NCBI GenBank assembly: GCA_050916045.1
Contig: CP051526.1
Location: forward strand, 2,336,001 to 2,400,000
Direction of reading: 5' to 3'
Source of the DNA: Tepidisphaera sp.
GTDB lineage: Bacteria > Planctomycetota > Phycisphaerae > Phycisphaerales > UBA1924
Length of the DNA: 64,000 bases
The translations under genes and the position numbers were made by a program. The notes under the pieces are model-generated. The model was not told the DNA's origin, made no database searches, and saw only the letters and a program-made list of their open reading frames with translations. Below, in pieces: positions 27,944 through 40,883 of the stretch (its first letter is position 1; each line of letters begins with the position of its first letter).

Positions 27944-28711
27944 CTAGGCCTCCGCGAGTCCCTCGCGGATCGCCAGCCGCATGAGGTCGGCTCGCGTGAC
28001 GACGCCCAGTTTGCGCATGATGCGTTTCTGGTGTCCGTCGACGGTCTTGACCTCGCGGGAGAGTTGCTCAGCGATCTGGTTCCTCGACAGTCCTTTGCCG
28101 ATCAGTCGAAGCACTTCCACTTCGCGCACGGAGAGCGTGCTGAGCGGCGTGACAGGTCTGCCATCGAGCCGGCTCGCGGCGCTTTCGCGCTTCGCCAGCG
28201 AGGGGCGAACACCCGGGCCCGCCGGAGCGACCGGCTTGCACCGTTCCTTCACCTTTGGACCAAGCACGAAGGTCCCAGTTCGACCTCTCACGACCTCGCG
28301 GATGCCCGCGACGATGGCGGCGAGGTCATCGGACTTGGCGAAGTACCCCCATGCCCCGCACTTGAACGCTGCGTCGATGTAGCCGTCGCGGATGTGGGCA
28401 CTGAGGATGATCACGCGTGTCTGCGGGTTCATGTGTCGCAAGCGGTCGGCGGTCTCGAACGCGTCAGGACCGGGCATTTCGATGTCCAGCAGCACAACGC
28501 CGGGCTTCAGCCTCCCCACTTCTTCGAGCAACCGGTCGGCGGATGGGAGGGCGGCGATGCAGCGAATCGACGGATCCAAGGAGAACTGGGCTTTGAGCCC
28601 CTCGATCAACACCGGGTGGTCGTCCACGCACATCACACGGATGCCGGAGCCATCGTCAACCGGTGACGAGTCGGCGGCCTTCAGCGGGATGGTGCGAGTC
28701 TTCTTGGGCAC
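27944..28711 (-). CDS. NarL/LuxR-family response regulator
   Basis: REC (CVDDHP, LLDIEMP, GYFAK) + LS.REVEVLRLIGKGLS..QIA HTH. Confidence 0.92.
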   Translation of the reverse strand: MPKKTRTIPLKAADSSPVDDGSGIRVMCVDDHPVLIEGLKAQFSLDPSIRCIAALPSADRLLEEVGRLKPGVVLLDIEMPGPDAFETADRLRHMNPQTRVIILSAHIRDGYIDAAFKCGAWGYFAKSDDLAAIVAGIREVVRGRTGTFVLGPKVKERCKPVAPAGPGVRPSLAKRESAASRLDGRPVTPLSTLSVREVEVLRLIGKGLSRNQIAEQLSREVKTVDGHQKRIMRKLGVVTRADLMRLAIREGLAEA

Positions 28712-28720
28712 GGGGGGAAC

Positions 28721-30316
28721 CTACGTTGTCGCTGACGGCATCCGAGATATCGCCAAAGCGATGAGGTCGCGGATGGTCTGAAAGTCGCTGGACGGGGGAA
28801 TCGTAACACGCTGGCTGCGGGAAAGCCGTGGATCTCCGGCCTTCCGGTTGCGTTTCGCGCGGTTCGGACGGTCGGAATCCGTGACCCATAAGTCAGTGGC
28901 GGCGGCCGCGCGGGTGCGAGTTGCGACCTTGAACCCCGCGGCCTCGAGCACGTGCCGGACAAGTGAGGCCATACGCGGATCACCGACGCTCACCACCGCG
29001 TGGCGGGCGGTTTGCACAGGAACCACGGGGTCCGCCGCCGGAAGCCACATCGTGACGGTGGTGCCCTTGCCCACCTCGGAGTCGATCTCGACGCGGCCGC
29101 CCACCCGAGCGGCGACCTTGTGGACCAGAGGCAGACCAAGCCCAGTCCCGTGTCCGCGCGACTTGGTGGTGAAGAACAGCTCGAATGCCCGTCGCTTCAC
29201 CTCCGGGGTCATGCCCGTGCCGTTGTCGGTGACGGACAACAACACCCACGTTTGTCCGCCGGGGTCAGTCTCGGCGCGAGCTGCAACTCGCACGCGTCCT
29301 TGCCGACGCTTGCGCGACGGATCTGCTTCCAGTGATGGGATCGCTTCGCCGGCGTTGACCACGAGATTCAGCACCGCCTGGGTGAGCCGATGCGGCGCGA
29401 CACCCACAGGCGGCAGTTCATTCGCAAACGATGCCGAGAGCTTGACGTGCCTGGGAACGGCTTTGCTGACGACGATGCCGGCAAGGGTCCACCAGTCACG
29501 AAGGTCCGTCGCTGGTCCATCGGGGTGCGAATTGTCGGGATTCTCAGCGAGATAGTGCAGCCCGTCGGCGAGTTTCTGTAGGTATGCGACGCTGGCGGCG
29601 ATAGCTTGGACTGCGGGGCGGATGTCTTCAGGGGCCTGGGATGGAGTAGGCGATCCCCTTTTGCTTGGCTTCTCCCACGTCTGGCTGAGTAGGCGGGTGC
29701 TCGCCGCGAGGAGCACGTTGACCTGTGCCCGGACGGGGAGCAACACATTGTTCATGTCGTGGCCCAGGCCGGCGGCGAGCGTGCCGACCGAGACCATTCG
29801 GTCGGCCAGGCGCAGGCGCATGTGTGCCTGCTCCAAGGCCCTGGTCTGCTCGGTGACCAGATCCTGAAGCCGCTGTCGCTCGTCATCTTCCCGCGTCCCT
29901 TCGTGCTCTCTACGGTCCGGTGCGTCAGAAAGGTCGCGGATGATGCCGACGAACAACGGCCCGGCACGAGTCGGGATATCGGCCCGAGAGACGGACAGTT
30001 CGATAGGAAAGCTCGTTCCGTTCTTGCGCTGTGCTTCGAACCGGCGCCGAGTGTTCAGCACGCGCGTCGTGCCGGTCGCGGCGTAACGCTCGAGATGACC
30101 GTTGTGTGCCGAGCGGTGTGCTTCGGGCATAAGCACATTGACGTTGCGTCCGATGAGTTCGCCCGCTGTCCATCCGAACACGCGCACCACCGAGTCGCTG
30201 GCGGATTCAATGGTGCCAAAGGCGTCGATGGTGATGATGGGATCGAGTGCTGCAGCCAAAGCGGCGCGGCTATGGACGTCCAGGGACGAGTCTGAATGAC
30301 GCCGAGTGCGGGCCAT
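28721..30316 (-). CDS. FixL-like PAS sensor histidine kinase
   Basis: PAS (FGW...ELIGRNVNVLMPEAHRSAHNGHLERY), H-box AAGLGHDMNN, NLVVNAGEA, DNGTGM, GTGLGL. Confidence 0.9.
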   Translation of the reverse strand: MARTRRHSDSSLDVHSRAALAAALDPIITIDAFGTIESASDSVVRVFGWTAGELIGRNVNVLMPEAHRSAHNGHLERYAATGTTRVLNTRRRFEAQRKNGTSFPIELSVSRADIPTRAGPLFVGIIRDLSDAPDRREHEGTREDDERQRLQDLVTEQTRALEQAHMRLRLADRMVSVGTLAAGLGHDMNNVLLPVRAQVNVLLAASTRLLSQTWEKPSKRGSPTPSQAPEDIRPAVQAIAASVAYLQKLADGLHYLAENPDNSHPDGPATDLRDWWTLAGIVVSKAVPRHVKLSASFANELPPVGVAPHRLTQAVLNLVVNAGEAIPSLEADPSRKRRQGRVRVAARAETDPGGQTWVLLSVTDNGTGMTPEVKRRAFELFFTTKSRGHGTGLGLPLVHKVAARVGGRVEIDSEVGKGTTVTMWLPAADPVVPVQTARHAVVSVGDPRMASLVRHVLEAAGFKVATRTRAAAATDLWVTDSDRPNRAKRNRKAGDPRLSRSQRVTIPPSSDFQTIRDLIALAISRMPSATT

Positions 30317-30378
30317 GAAGGATCATCGTATCGCGGCCTTGCTGAACGGCCCGGAACGCCGGAAGGGTCCCGCCAATG

Positions 30379-30392
30379 GCGGAAGTTTCCGC
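30379..30392. promoter_or_regulatory. Candidate regulator site GCGGA-N4-TCCGC
   Basis: GCGGAAGTTTCCGC in the divergent HK/CBS promoter; recurs at 35176. Confidence 0.5.
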
Positions 30393-30440
30393 GTTGAGCA
30401 ACCTTGCGCTGTGCGGAACCATGGTGCACAGGGGAACGCC

Positions 30441-30935
30441 ATGAGCAAGAACAACATCCATGCCGTCGCTCAGGACATCATGACCGCTGAGCCGGTCTGC
30501 GCCGAGCCATCCACGACGATTCGGAGGCTCGCCCACCTGTTTGAGGACAACGAGATCTCGGGCTGCCCCGTGGTGGACTCCCAAGGCAAACTGGTCGGTG
30601 TGGTCAGCAAGACCGACCTGATCCGCCGATGCTCGGAGGGAACGGCGGAGATACCGCCGGCGTACCTCTTCGAGGTCGTGTGCGAGCAGGGCGAAGGAAG
30701 CCGGGAGGGCGAGGACGAAGTCGGCGGTCCGATCCCCGAGCCATTGATCTGCGTGCAGGACTTCATGACCGAGAGCGCGGTAACGGTGCGCCCGAGCACG
30801 CCGGTGCATGAAGTCGCGGCACTGATGGCGGACAGGCACATCCACAGGGTGGTGGTCGTGGATGAGGAGCGGTTTCCGCTCGGCATGATCACGACGCTCG
30901 ACGTTCTGAAGGTCTTTCCGCGTCTCGAGCGATAG
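30441..30935 (+). CDS. CBS domain pair protein
   Basis: DIMT..P, ISGCPVVD..GKLVGVVSKTDL, IHRVVVVD...GMITTLD. Confidence 0.9.
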   Translation: MSKNNIHAVAQDIMTAEPVCAEPSTTIRRLAHLFEDNEISGCPVVDSQGKLVGVVSKTDLIRRCSEGTAEIPPAYLFEVVCEQGEGSREGEDEVGGPIPEPLICVQDFMTESAVTVRPSTPVHEVAALMADRHIHRVVVVDEERFPLGMITTLDVLKVFPRLER

Positions 30936-31005
30936 GGACTCGTCGAACATCGCGGTAGCGACACAGCTGAGCATCACTCTGTCAGAAGTTTGGAGGACGG
31001 ACCGA

Positions 31006-31353
31006 ATGAACTCGAACCGCACCATCGTGAAGGAGACCGTGAGCAAGGACGCTGACCTCCGCCATTCCGCCGAGTGGAACGGGAAGGCTCCGGGTCGGAA
31101 AGAGGGCGAGGGGACTCACATCGACATCACGCTCGATCGCATCCGCATGCGGGCGCATGAGATCTTTGTGGCCCGCAACGGCGGGCCGGGAGATGCAACC
31201 ACTGACTGGTGCCAAGCCGAGCGGGAACTCAATGAGAAGGCCGGTGTCGGGCCCGGCTTTGATGACCTCATCGCCGACCCCGTCGTGCTCGAGACCAGGA
31301 CACTTTCCGAACCGCGGAGTCACGCGGCGACGGCCGGTCGTGGAGGGCTATAG
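31006..31353 (+). CDS. DUF2934-like small protein
   Basis: IRMRAHEIF..R...PG....DW.QAEREL. Confidence 0.75.
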   Translation: MNSNRTIVKETVSKDADLRHSAEWNGKAPGRKEGEGTHIDITLDRIRMRAHEIFVARNGGPGDATTDWCQAERELNEKAGVGPGFDDLIADPVVLETRTLSEPRSHAATAGRGGL

Positions 31354-31464
31354 CACGCGCTCTGAGGAGGGGGGCGTGCTAAACCTGCTTCCGCCACACC
31401 CTCGTGGCGCGACCCAACAGGTCGCGTCGCGACTTTGCCTTTCAACGACTCGACGGAGACAAAT

Positions 31465-32541
31465 ATGCCTGTGACGACCATGAAGTGCTTCGTGATGCGA
31501 GGGATCGGTAAGGTCGCGGTGATGGACAAGCCCATTCCGCGCCCGGGCCCCAACGACGCCATCATCCGCACCACCGCCGCGCTCATCTGCACCAGCGACA
31601 CGCACACCGTTGCCGGCGCGATCGGCGATCGCCACGACCTCACGCTCGGGCACGAATCCGTGGGCGTGATCCACGAACTCGGCGAGACCGTGAAGGACGC
31701 GGGGTTGTTCAGGATCGGGCAGCGGGTCGCCGTGAACGCCATCACGCCCTGCTATGCCTGCGACAACTGCCAGCGCGGCTACTCGTCGCAGTGCGGCGGG
31801 ATGCTCGGCGGGTGGAAGTTCGCCAACATCAAGGACGGCGCGATGGCCGAGTACTTCCACGTCAACAACGCCATCGCGAACCTCGCCCCGATCCCCGACG
31901 GCCTCACCGACGAGCAGGCCGCGTACTGCTGCGACATGCTCTCGACCGGCTTCATCGGGGCCGAGTTTGCGAGTATCCCTATCGGCGGCTCGGTCGCGGT
32001 CTTTGCCCAAGGGCCGGTGGGACTGATGGCCACCGTCGGCGCTCGTCTGCGCGGCGCGGGGCTCGTCATCGGCGTCGAGTCCATGCCCAACCGCATCGCC
32101 CTGGCGAAGCAGTACGGCTGCGACGTGGTGGTGGACTACTCGAAGGAAGACCCCGTCGAAGCGATCATGAAACTCACCGGGGGCAAGGGCGTGGACAGCG
32201 CCATCGAGGCCCTCGGCTCCGCCCGAACCTTCGCGGCGTGCGTGAGCGCGACGCGTCCGGGGGGCACGATTTCCAACATTGGCTACCTCGGCGACGGCGA
32301 GACGGTGCCGATCCCGCGGCTGGGCTGGGGCGTGGGCATGAGCGACAAGACCATCCGCACCGCGCTCTGCCCGGGTGGGAGCGAGCGCATGGGCCGCCTG
32401 CTGCGCCTGATCGAGTCCGGCCGCGTGGACCCGCTCGCACTGACCACGCACCGCTTCCCGTTCACCGACATCGAGAAAGCGTTCACGATGATGCAGACCA
32501 AGCAGGACGGAATGGTCAAGCCGCTCATCACGTTTGGATGA
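31465..32541 (+). CDS. adh: Zn-dependent NAD(P) secondary alcohol dehydrogenase
   Basis: CTSDTHT, GHE, C..C..C......C, DMLSTG, LCPGG.ERM. Confidence 0.9.
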   Translation: MPVTTMKCFVMRGIGKVAVMDKPIPRPGPNDAIIRTTAALICTSDTHTVAGAIGDRHDLTLGHESVGVIHELGETVKDAGLFRIGQRVAVNAITPCYACDNCQRGYSSQCGGMLGGWKFANIKDGAMAEYFHVNNAIANLAPIPDGLTDEQAAYCCDMLSTGFIGAEFASIPIGGSVAVFAQGPVGLMATVGARLRGAGLVIGVESMPNRIALAKQYGCDVVVDYSKEDPVEAIMKLTGGKGVDSAIEALGSARTFAACVSATRPGGTISNIGYLGDGETVPIPRLGWGVGMSDKTIRTALCPGGSERMGRLLRLIESGRVDPLALTTHRFPFTDIEKAFTMMQTKQDGMVKPLITFG

Positions 32542-32577
32542 CCTAACCCCGGAGTCGATCTCGCTGGAGTCTCCGAC

Positions 32578-35163
<2,586 letters not shown>

Positions 35164-35175
35164 ACACGTTCGATA

Positions 35176-35220
35176 GCGGATTATTCCGCGATTCTGTCGC
35201 CAGCCGATGACCGCTACAAT
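35176..35220 (+). promoter_or_regulatory. GCGGATTATTCCGC palindrome plus TACAAT -10 element
   Basis: Palindrome 35176-35189 and TACAAT 35215-35220 upstream of the usp-usp-ldhA operon. Confidence 0.55.
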
Positions 35221-35242
35221 TTATTCTAAATAGGAGCCACTG

Positions 35243-36235
35243 ATGCCCGAGAGTCAAGCCGCCCCCGCCGTCGCACACACACGCCCCTACGCATCCGTTG
35301 TCGTCGGGACCGACTTCACGCCCTGTTCCGCAGTGGCCGTCGGCCAGGCCCTCCGCATCGCGGCGTGGTCCGGTCTGCCACTTCATGTCGTCCACGTCAT
35401 CGACACCACCGTCGTGATCGAGATTGAGTCGGTTCTCTCGCCCTTGCAGGAGGGAATCCGCGACGGTCTCACGAAGGACGCCGAAAAGGCGTGGGTGGAA
35501 TTCGCAGCGAAGATCCCCGGTGCGACGGGTCTGCCTCTGGACGTATCGATCAACAACCGCATCGTCGGTATCCTGAACCATGCGCGCAAGCACAAAGCCG
35601 ACCTCATGGTCATGGGGGCATTTGGCGACCGCCGCCCAGACGTGGGCTTCGGAACCGTTGCCACCGCTTGCGTCCGCAAGAGCATGACCGATGTCCTCCT
35701 CGTGCGCGACACCCAGCCCGGCCCCTTCAAACGCGTGGTCGTGGCGGTGGACTTCTCAGAGACTTCGGCACGGGCGTTGGCGCGTGCCGCGCTTTTCGCC
35801 GCTCGGGACGGCGCGGAACTTCACGTTCTTCACGTCTTCGCCGCCCCGTGGCATCAGCTCCATTACCGGGCTCAGACGCCGCTCGGCGAGCCCTTTCAGC
35901 AAAAACAATACCGCGACGCGATTGAACGGCGGCTGGGTAACTTTCTGGGCCCCGTCGCCGAGGCCCACAAAGACCTGCGGGTTCGGCCCGTCTGCTACGA
36001 CTATGACGGGCACCGCTCGGGGATCGTCGAGTATGCCAAGAGCGTGTCCGCCGACCTTGTCGCGCTCGGCACGCGCGGCCGAACGAACCTCCGCGACATC
36101 CTTCTTGGCAGCACTGCGGAGAAGACGCTGGAGGAATCGCCGTGCTCCGTGCTCGCCGTCAAGCCCGAGGGGTTCCACCACCCGCTCGCCGCGGGCGAGG
36201 AGCCGCGCCTCTATAGCCTGCGGCCGCAGGTCTGA
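35243..36235 (+). CDS. Universal stress protein (tandem USP domains)
   Basis: VVGTDF, ADLMVMG, VVAVDFS, G.RG...LLGSTAE. Confidence 0.9.
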   Translation: MPESQAAPAVAHTRPYASVVVGTDFTPCSAVAVGQALRIAAWSGLPLHVVHVIDTTVVIEIESVLSPLQEGIRDGLTKDAEKAWVEFAAKIPGATGLPLDVSINNRIVGILNHARKHKADLMVMGAFGDRRPDVGFGTVATACVRKSMTDVLLVRDTQPGPFKRVVVAVDFSETSARALARAALFAARDGAELHVLHVFAAPWHQLHYRAQTPLGEPFQQKQYRDAIERRLGNFLGPVAEAHKDLRVRPVCYDYDGHRSGIVEYAKSVSADLVALGTRGRTNLRDILLGSTAEKTLEESPCSVLAVKPEGFHHPLAAGEEPRLYSLRPQV

Positions 36236-36260
36236 TCGGCCACTCTTCTGAGGGAGCCCC

Positions 36261-37178
36261 GTGGACCGCCTCACGACCATCCTCGCCGCCGTCGACTTCT
36301 CCCTGTGTTCCTCGGATGCATTCCGCCAGGCCGCCCGTATGGCGGCGTGGCAGGGGGCGGAGCTCCAGGCGCTTCATGTGGTCAACGTGCCTGCGTATCG
36401 GCCCGTGCCGCACCCGTTCATCCCCTTCGACCTGCCAACGCAAGAGCAGTTGGTCCACGAAGCTCACCGGCTCTGGGAGGAGTTTGCTCCAGGCTGCGAG
36501 GGGAAGACCGCGACCCGCTTTGACGTCGCAGTCGGCAGCCCGCGAGGCGAAATCCTCAGGGCCGTCGAGTCCACGAAGCCAGACCTGCTCGTCATGGGTA
36601 CCACCAGCGTGCTCGATCGAAAGCGCGGGATTGGCACGATCGCCGCCGCGTGCGTTCGGCGAGCCGAGACGAGAGTGCTTCTTGTACGCGAAGAACAGAG
36701 CGGTCCGTTCACAAATGTGGCGGCGTTTGTGGATTTCTCCGAGACATCACGAGACGCACTCGCGCAAGCTGTCCGCATCGCGGCGCAGGACGGTGCCACG
36801 CTCCACATCGTTCACGTCTACGTCGATCCTTGGCAAGGCGTGCCGCGAGCGGGGATCATCACCGCGAACATGCCCGACTTTGACGCGAAGTTGAAGGAAT
36901 CGGTTGAACAGCGGCTGCGTGATTTCTGCGCCCCGCTGGCCCACGAGATGAACGCACTGAGGGCGCACCACCACGGCTTCCAGCATGAGGAGCACTGGGA
37001 GGGGTATGGGGGCGGAATCACCGGCTTCATCGGTCGGCATAGCATCGACCTCGCCGTGCTCGGTGTCCGTTCGACGTGGAACGCACGCGACTTCTTCATG
37101 GGCTCCACCGCCGAACGCGTCTGCCGCGACGCGGGATGCTCTATCCTGACCGTCCGTCCCGTCCCCGATTCGCAGTAG
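36261..37178 (+). CDS. Universal stress protein (tandem USP domains)
   Basis: ILAAVDFS, DLLVMG, FMGSTAERV. Confidence 0.9.
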   Translation: MDRLTTILAAVDFSLCSSDAFRQAARMAAWQGAELQALHVVNVPAYRPVPHPFIPFDLPTQEQLVHEAHRLWEEFAPGCEGKTATRFDVAVGSPRGEILRAVESTKPDLLVMGTTSVLDRKRGIGTIAAACVRRAETRVLLVREEQSGPFTNVAAFVDFSETSRDALAQAVRIAAQDGATLHIVHVYVDPWQGVPRAGIITANMPDFDAKLKESVEQRLRDFCAPLAHEMNALRAHHHGFQHEEHWEGYGGGITGFIGRHSIDLAVLGVRSTWNARDFFMGSTAERVCRDAGCSILTVRPVPDSQ

Positions 37179-37226
37179 GCCGCACACCCGCGATCGAGCG
37201 TGTATGCCCTGATGCCGGAGTGTCGC

Positions 37227-38240
37227 ATGAGAATCGTCGTCTACTCAGCCAAACCCTACGAAAGGCCATTCCTCAACACCGCCAACGCGGGCGCTTCGCA
37301 CGACCTCGTCTTCCTCGACGCGCGGCTCTGTGCGGCGACGACCGACCTGGCGCGAGGCTCGCCCGCGGTCTCGCTCTTCGTCGGCGACGACGCCTCCGCC
37401 CCGGTACTCCGCGCGCTTCATGCGGGCGGCACTCGACTCTTGGCCCTGCGGTCAGCGGGCTTCAACCACGTCGACGTCGCCGAGGCCGATCGCCTGGGCT
37501 TGACCATTGCGCGCGTTCCGGCCTATTCCCCGTACGCGGTGGCCGAGCACGCCGTCGGGCTCATGCTCACGCTCAACCGCAAGATTCACCGCGCTTATGC
37601 CCGCGTCCGCGAGCAGAACTTCGCGCTCGACGGCCTGATGGGCTTTGACATGCACGGCAAGACCGCCGGCGTGATCGGAACCGGCAAGATTGGCGAAGCC
37701 GCATGTGCCATCCTGCGAGGCTTCGGCTGCCGCGTGCTGGCGTTCGATCCGGTGAGGAACCCCGTGTGCGAGACGATGGGTGTCCAGTACGTCGCCCTCG
37801 CTGACCTCTACGCGGCGTCGGACATCATCACGCTCCACTGCCCCCTCACGCCGCAGACCAAGCACCTCGTCAGCGCCGCAGCGCTCGCGGCGATGAAGCC
37901 GGGCGTGATGCTCATCAACACCAGCCGCGGCGCGGTGGTCGACACGCGGGCGCTCATCGCGGCCCTCAAGAAGGGCCGCGTCGGCTCGGTGGGCCTGGAT
38001 GTCTACGAGGAGGAGGGCGATCTCTTCTTCAAGGACCTCTCCGCCCAGGTGATCCAGGACGATGTCTTCGTGCGGCTCTCGACGTTTCCCAACGTGGTCA
38101 TCACCGCGCACCAGGGCTTCTTCACGCGCGAGGCGTGCGAGGCGATCGCGCGGACGACGATTGATAACGCGACGGGCTTTGCAATCGGCGCGATCCACCC
38201 CGCCAACCTGGTCACGACCCAGCATCTCGCCACGAAGTAG
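37227..38240 (+). CDS. ldhA: D-lactate dehydrogenase (2-hydroxyacid dehydrogenase)
   Basis: LRSAGFNHVD, VPAYSPYAVAEH, GTGKIG, INTSRG, GLDVYEEE, TAHQGF. Confidence 0.92.
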   Translation: MRIVVYSAKPYERPFLNTANAGASHDLVFLDARLCAATTDLARGSPAVSLFVGDDASAPVLRALHAGGTRLLALRSAGFNHVDVAEADRLGLTIARVPAYSPYAVAEHAVGLMLTLNRKIHRAYARVREQNFALDGLMGFDMHGKTAGVIGTGKIGEAACAILRGFGCRVLAFDPVRNPVCETMGVQYVALADLYAASDIITLHCPLTPQTKHLVSAAALAAMKPGVMLINTSRGAVVDTRALIAALKKGRVGSVGLDVYEEEGDLFFKDLSAQVIQDDVFVRLSTFPNVVITAHQGFFTREACEAIARTTIDNATGFAIGAIHPANLVTTQHLATK

Positions 38241-38257
38241 TGTGGCTCCCACGCGGC

Positions 38258-38590
38258 CCACGCCACCACCATCGTCATCGTGACCACCGACGACGGCCCA
38301 TCTTCCGGCTCGTGAGTTGACACATCGGGCCATGGAGACGGCGGCTCTGCCGCCCTCGCCCGCCTCGAACTCGGCGCGGAAGCTCGGTTTGGTCGTCATG
38401 GTCAGGAACGTGAAGCTACTTGGACCACGGGCGGGGTCGGTCGGCGCGGGCGTGTCCGCAGTTGGGGGGCCACCAGTTTCACCCACACCTCGGCCCCGAG
38501 CACGCCCGCGGGCCGGGCGCGGCTCTTCAACGTGGACTCCTCGGGCTCACCTCTCGGCGCTGAAATGGAACGCTGTTGGTGCGTGAGCAC
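38258..38590 (-). pseudogene. Frameshifted 3' remnant of an uncharacterised gene family
   Basis: Pieces in different frames (RARPAGVLGAEVWVKL / PAPTDP..FLTMTTKPSFRAEF..GEGG / GPSSVVT) align with 40880-41191. Confidence 0.6.
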
Positions 38591-38647
38591 TTCTGCCCGC
38601 GCGGGCCTTCGTTGCGAGAAGGTACGCGAGGGCGTGAAGCGTGCCCA

Positions 38648-39727
38648 CTACTTCTTGGCTTCAGATTGGACATGATCGAAGATCAAGGTGCGAACCTTGC
38701 CTTCGGTGCTCCACGCTCGAACTCGCGCGCCACCGGGCGGCTCAAAGTCGATCCGAGCTTCAATCGTCGAGCCGCCGCTCGATCGGTGTGCCCTCAGGTC
38801 GATGCGGAGTGAGCGTCCGTTATCTTCCGGCGTGATATCGCCCTCGTAGACAACCCCCTCGCCGTCGCCGCTGTTCGCAATTGCAAGGCAGCGCAGCACC
38901 CCCGCGCCGGTGTGGTGGTAGAGGTACAGGTCCATCGCGTGCGACGGAGCGCCGTCGGGATCGAGCGTCTGCACGCGGCCGTAGATCGCGTCGGCGTCCG
39001 GCACATACTCGAAGGTGGTACGCGTACGCAGCGTAGCGGCGGGCGAGCGGCCGACGACCCCGGGCACGGCCTTGCCCTCCCATGCGTGGCCGAGGAGCCG
39101 CTCGATGGGCTTGATGAACTCGGAGGGCTTCGCCGCGGCCGCCACAGTGCGCTCCGCGGCGAGTTCGTCCTCGGTGGCAGCCCCGACTCGGAAGCGTCGC
39201 CACTCGTTCTGGAGCGAAAAGCCCTCGGGAACCTTGTCCAGCAGTTCATCGTGGTACGCGTCGGGGCCTTCAAAGGTCCAGCGTCGGCCGAACACACGGT
39301 GGCCGATGGTCTGGTGCATATCGACGAGGCCGTTGGCTTTCTCGCCGTCAAATGTAAACGTGCCCTCGCTGACGCCGCGAGCGAAGGGGCTCACGCCGAA
39401 TGTGCGCACCTCTTTGCGGCCTGGGTGCCAGAAGTACACGGAAATGCCGTGCCACGGCTCGCCGCTGGAGGCTGTGCCTGCGGTCATCTTTCGGATCGAG
39501 TTCCGCTCCGGTCCCCAGTGCCAGGTGTCATGCATGACCGTGCCCGCCAGCGCGGTCATCCTCCAGCGGCCGCCGATGAGGCCAGAGAACGGCTCCATCC
39601 GGACCGAGGTCTTCGCGACTGGCTGCACGTTCGCGGGCACAATCACAGGCTTATTGTCCGGCGGGCTCGAACAGCCAGCAATCAGCACGAAGGGAAACAA
39701 GGCGTACCACGAATAGGTGCGATGCAT
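38648..39727 (-). CDS. Hypothetical lipoprotein with two similar beta-rich domains
   Basis: Lipobox LIAGC; repeated (F/I)..L.G..W and YF/YY.HP/HT segments. Confidence 0.7.
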   Translation of the reverse strand: MHRTYSWYALFPFVLIAGCSSPPDNKPVIVPANVQPVAKTSVRMEPFSGLIGGRWRMTALAGTVMHDTWHWGPERNSIRKMTAGTASSGEPWHGISVYFWHPGRKEVRTFGVSPFARGVSEGTFTFDGEKANGLVDMHQTIGHRVFGRRWTFEGPDAYHDELLDKVPEGFSLQNEWRRFRVGAATEDELAAERTVAAAAKPSEFIKPIERLLGHAWEGKAVPGVVGRSPAATLRTRTTFEYVPDADAIYGRVQTLDPDGAPSHAMDLYLYHHTGAGVLRCLAIANSGDGEGVVYEGDITPEDNGRSLRIDLRAHRSSGGSTIEARIDFEPPGGARVRAWSTEGKVRTLIFDHVQSEAKK

Positions 39728-39827
39728 GGCTGCTGTACGTCTGTGCCCCTCGATAGTTCGTCCTTGAACAGGATGCTCCATGGCCGACGCCATCTCGTTC
39801 CGCGCCCCGCGCGAGTACGATCCCGCG

Positions 39828-40883
39828 ATGAGAACTGCCTTGGCGATGCTGGCCGTGTGCGTGGTTGGGTGCGGGTGCGTGCCTGCAACTCCGGCTGCCC
39901 TGTCCACGCTCCGCGATGCCACGCCGCGTCTGGCGGCGGTTTCCGCGCAGGAACGCGCGATGATCGAAGCCAAGATCCGCGAGCACCTCAAACTTCCTGC
40001 GGACGCCGCGCTCGGCCCCGCCGAGTTCGCGCGGGTCACGGAACTCGATCTCAAGCGCACGGCCGTTTCTGATGCCGGGGCCGCATGGCTTGCGAACCCT
40101 GCCACGGGCCTGAGCTCGCTGACCACTCTCAACCTTCAACACACGGCCTTGACCGATGCCGGGTTGTCCGCGCTGGCTCGCGCGGACACCGGGCTCAAAT
40201 CCCTCACCGCACTGTACCTGGCTCACACCAAAGTCACTGACGCGGGCGTGCACACGCTCGCCCGCGTGGGCACGGGCCTGTCGGCGTTGACCCAGCTTGA
40301 TCTTCGCAGCACCGCCTTGACTGATGCGGGGGTGACCGCGCTCGCGCGGGCCGACACCGGGCCCAAAGGTTTGACCTCGGTTGACCTGAGTTTCACCAAG
40401 GTGACCGACGCGGGGATCAAACATCTGGCCGCGAAGGACACGGGCCTCAAGGGTCTCACCGTGCTCGGCCTCGCCAGCACGCAAGTGGCCGACGCGGGGC
40501 TCGCGCATCTTGCCCACAAGGACACGGGCCTCACGAGCCTGCGCACGCTGAACCTGGCCTTCTCGCAAGTGACCGACGCGGGAGCCAAAGCCGCGGCCCG
40601 CGCCGACTCGGGCCTCGCGCCGCTGCACGCGATCTTCTTTCACGGCACTGCGGTGACCGACGCCGGAGTCGCGGACCTCGCTCGCGCGGACACCGGCCTG
40701 AAATCCCTCAAGACGCTCGATCTTGGCACAACCGCCGTGACCGACGCGGGAATTCGCGTGCTCGCGCAGGCCGACTCGGGTCTGACATCACTGACCGCGC
40801 TCCACCTCCGCGAGACTAAGGTAACGGACGCGGGCATCGCTGCGGTCTTGGCCCGCTGGCCAGCGATCAAGATCGCCCGCTAA
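39828..40883 (+). CDS. Leucine-rich-repeat lipoprotein (10 x 28-aa repeats)
   Basis: LxxLxLxxTxVTDAGxxxLAxxDTGLxx repeats; N-terminal lipobox-like VVGC. Confidence 0.88.
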   Translation: MRTALAMLAVCVVGCGCVPATPAALSTLRDATPRLAAVSAQERAMIEAKIREHLKLPADAALGPAEFARVTELDLKRTAVSDAGAAWLANPATGLSSLTTLNLQHTALTDAGLSALARADTGLKSLTALYLAHTKVTDAGVHTLARVGTGLSALTQLDLRSTALTDAGVTALARADTGPKGLTSVDLSFTKVTDAGIKHLAAKDTGLKGLTVLGLASTQVADAGLAHLAHKDTGLTSLRTLNLAFSQVTDAGAKAAARADSGLAPLHAIFFHGTAVTDAGVADLARADTGLKSLKTLDLGTTAVTDAGIRVLAQADSGLTSLTALHLRETKVTDAGIAAVLARWPAIKIAR

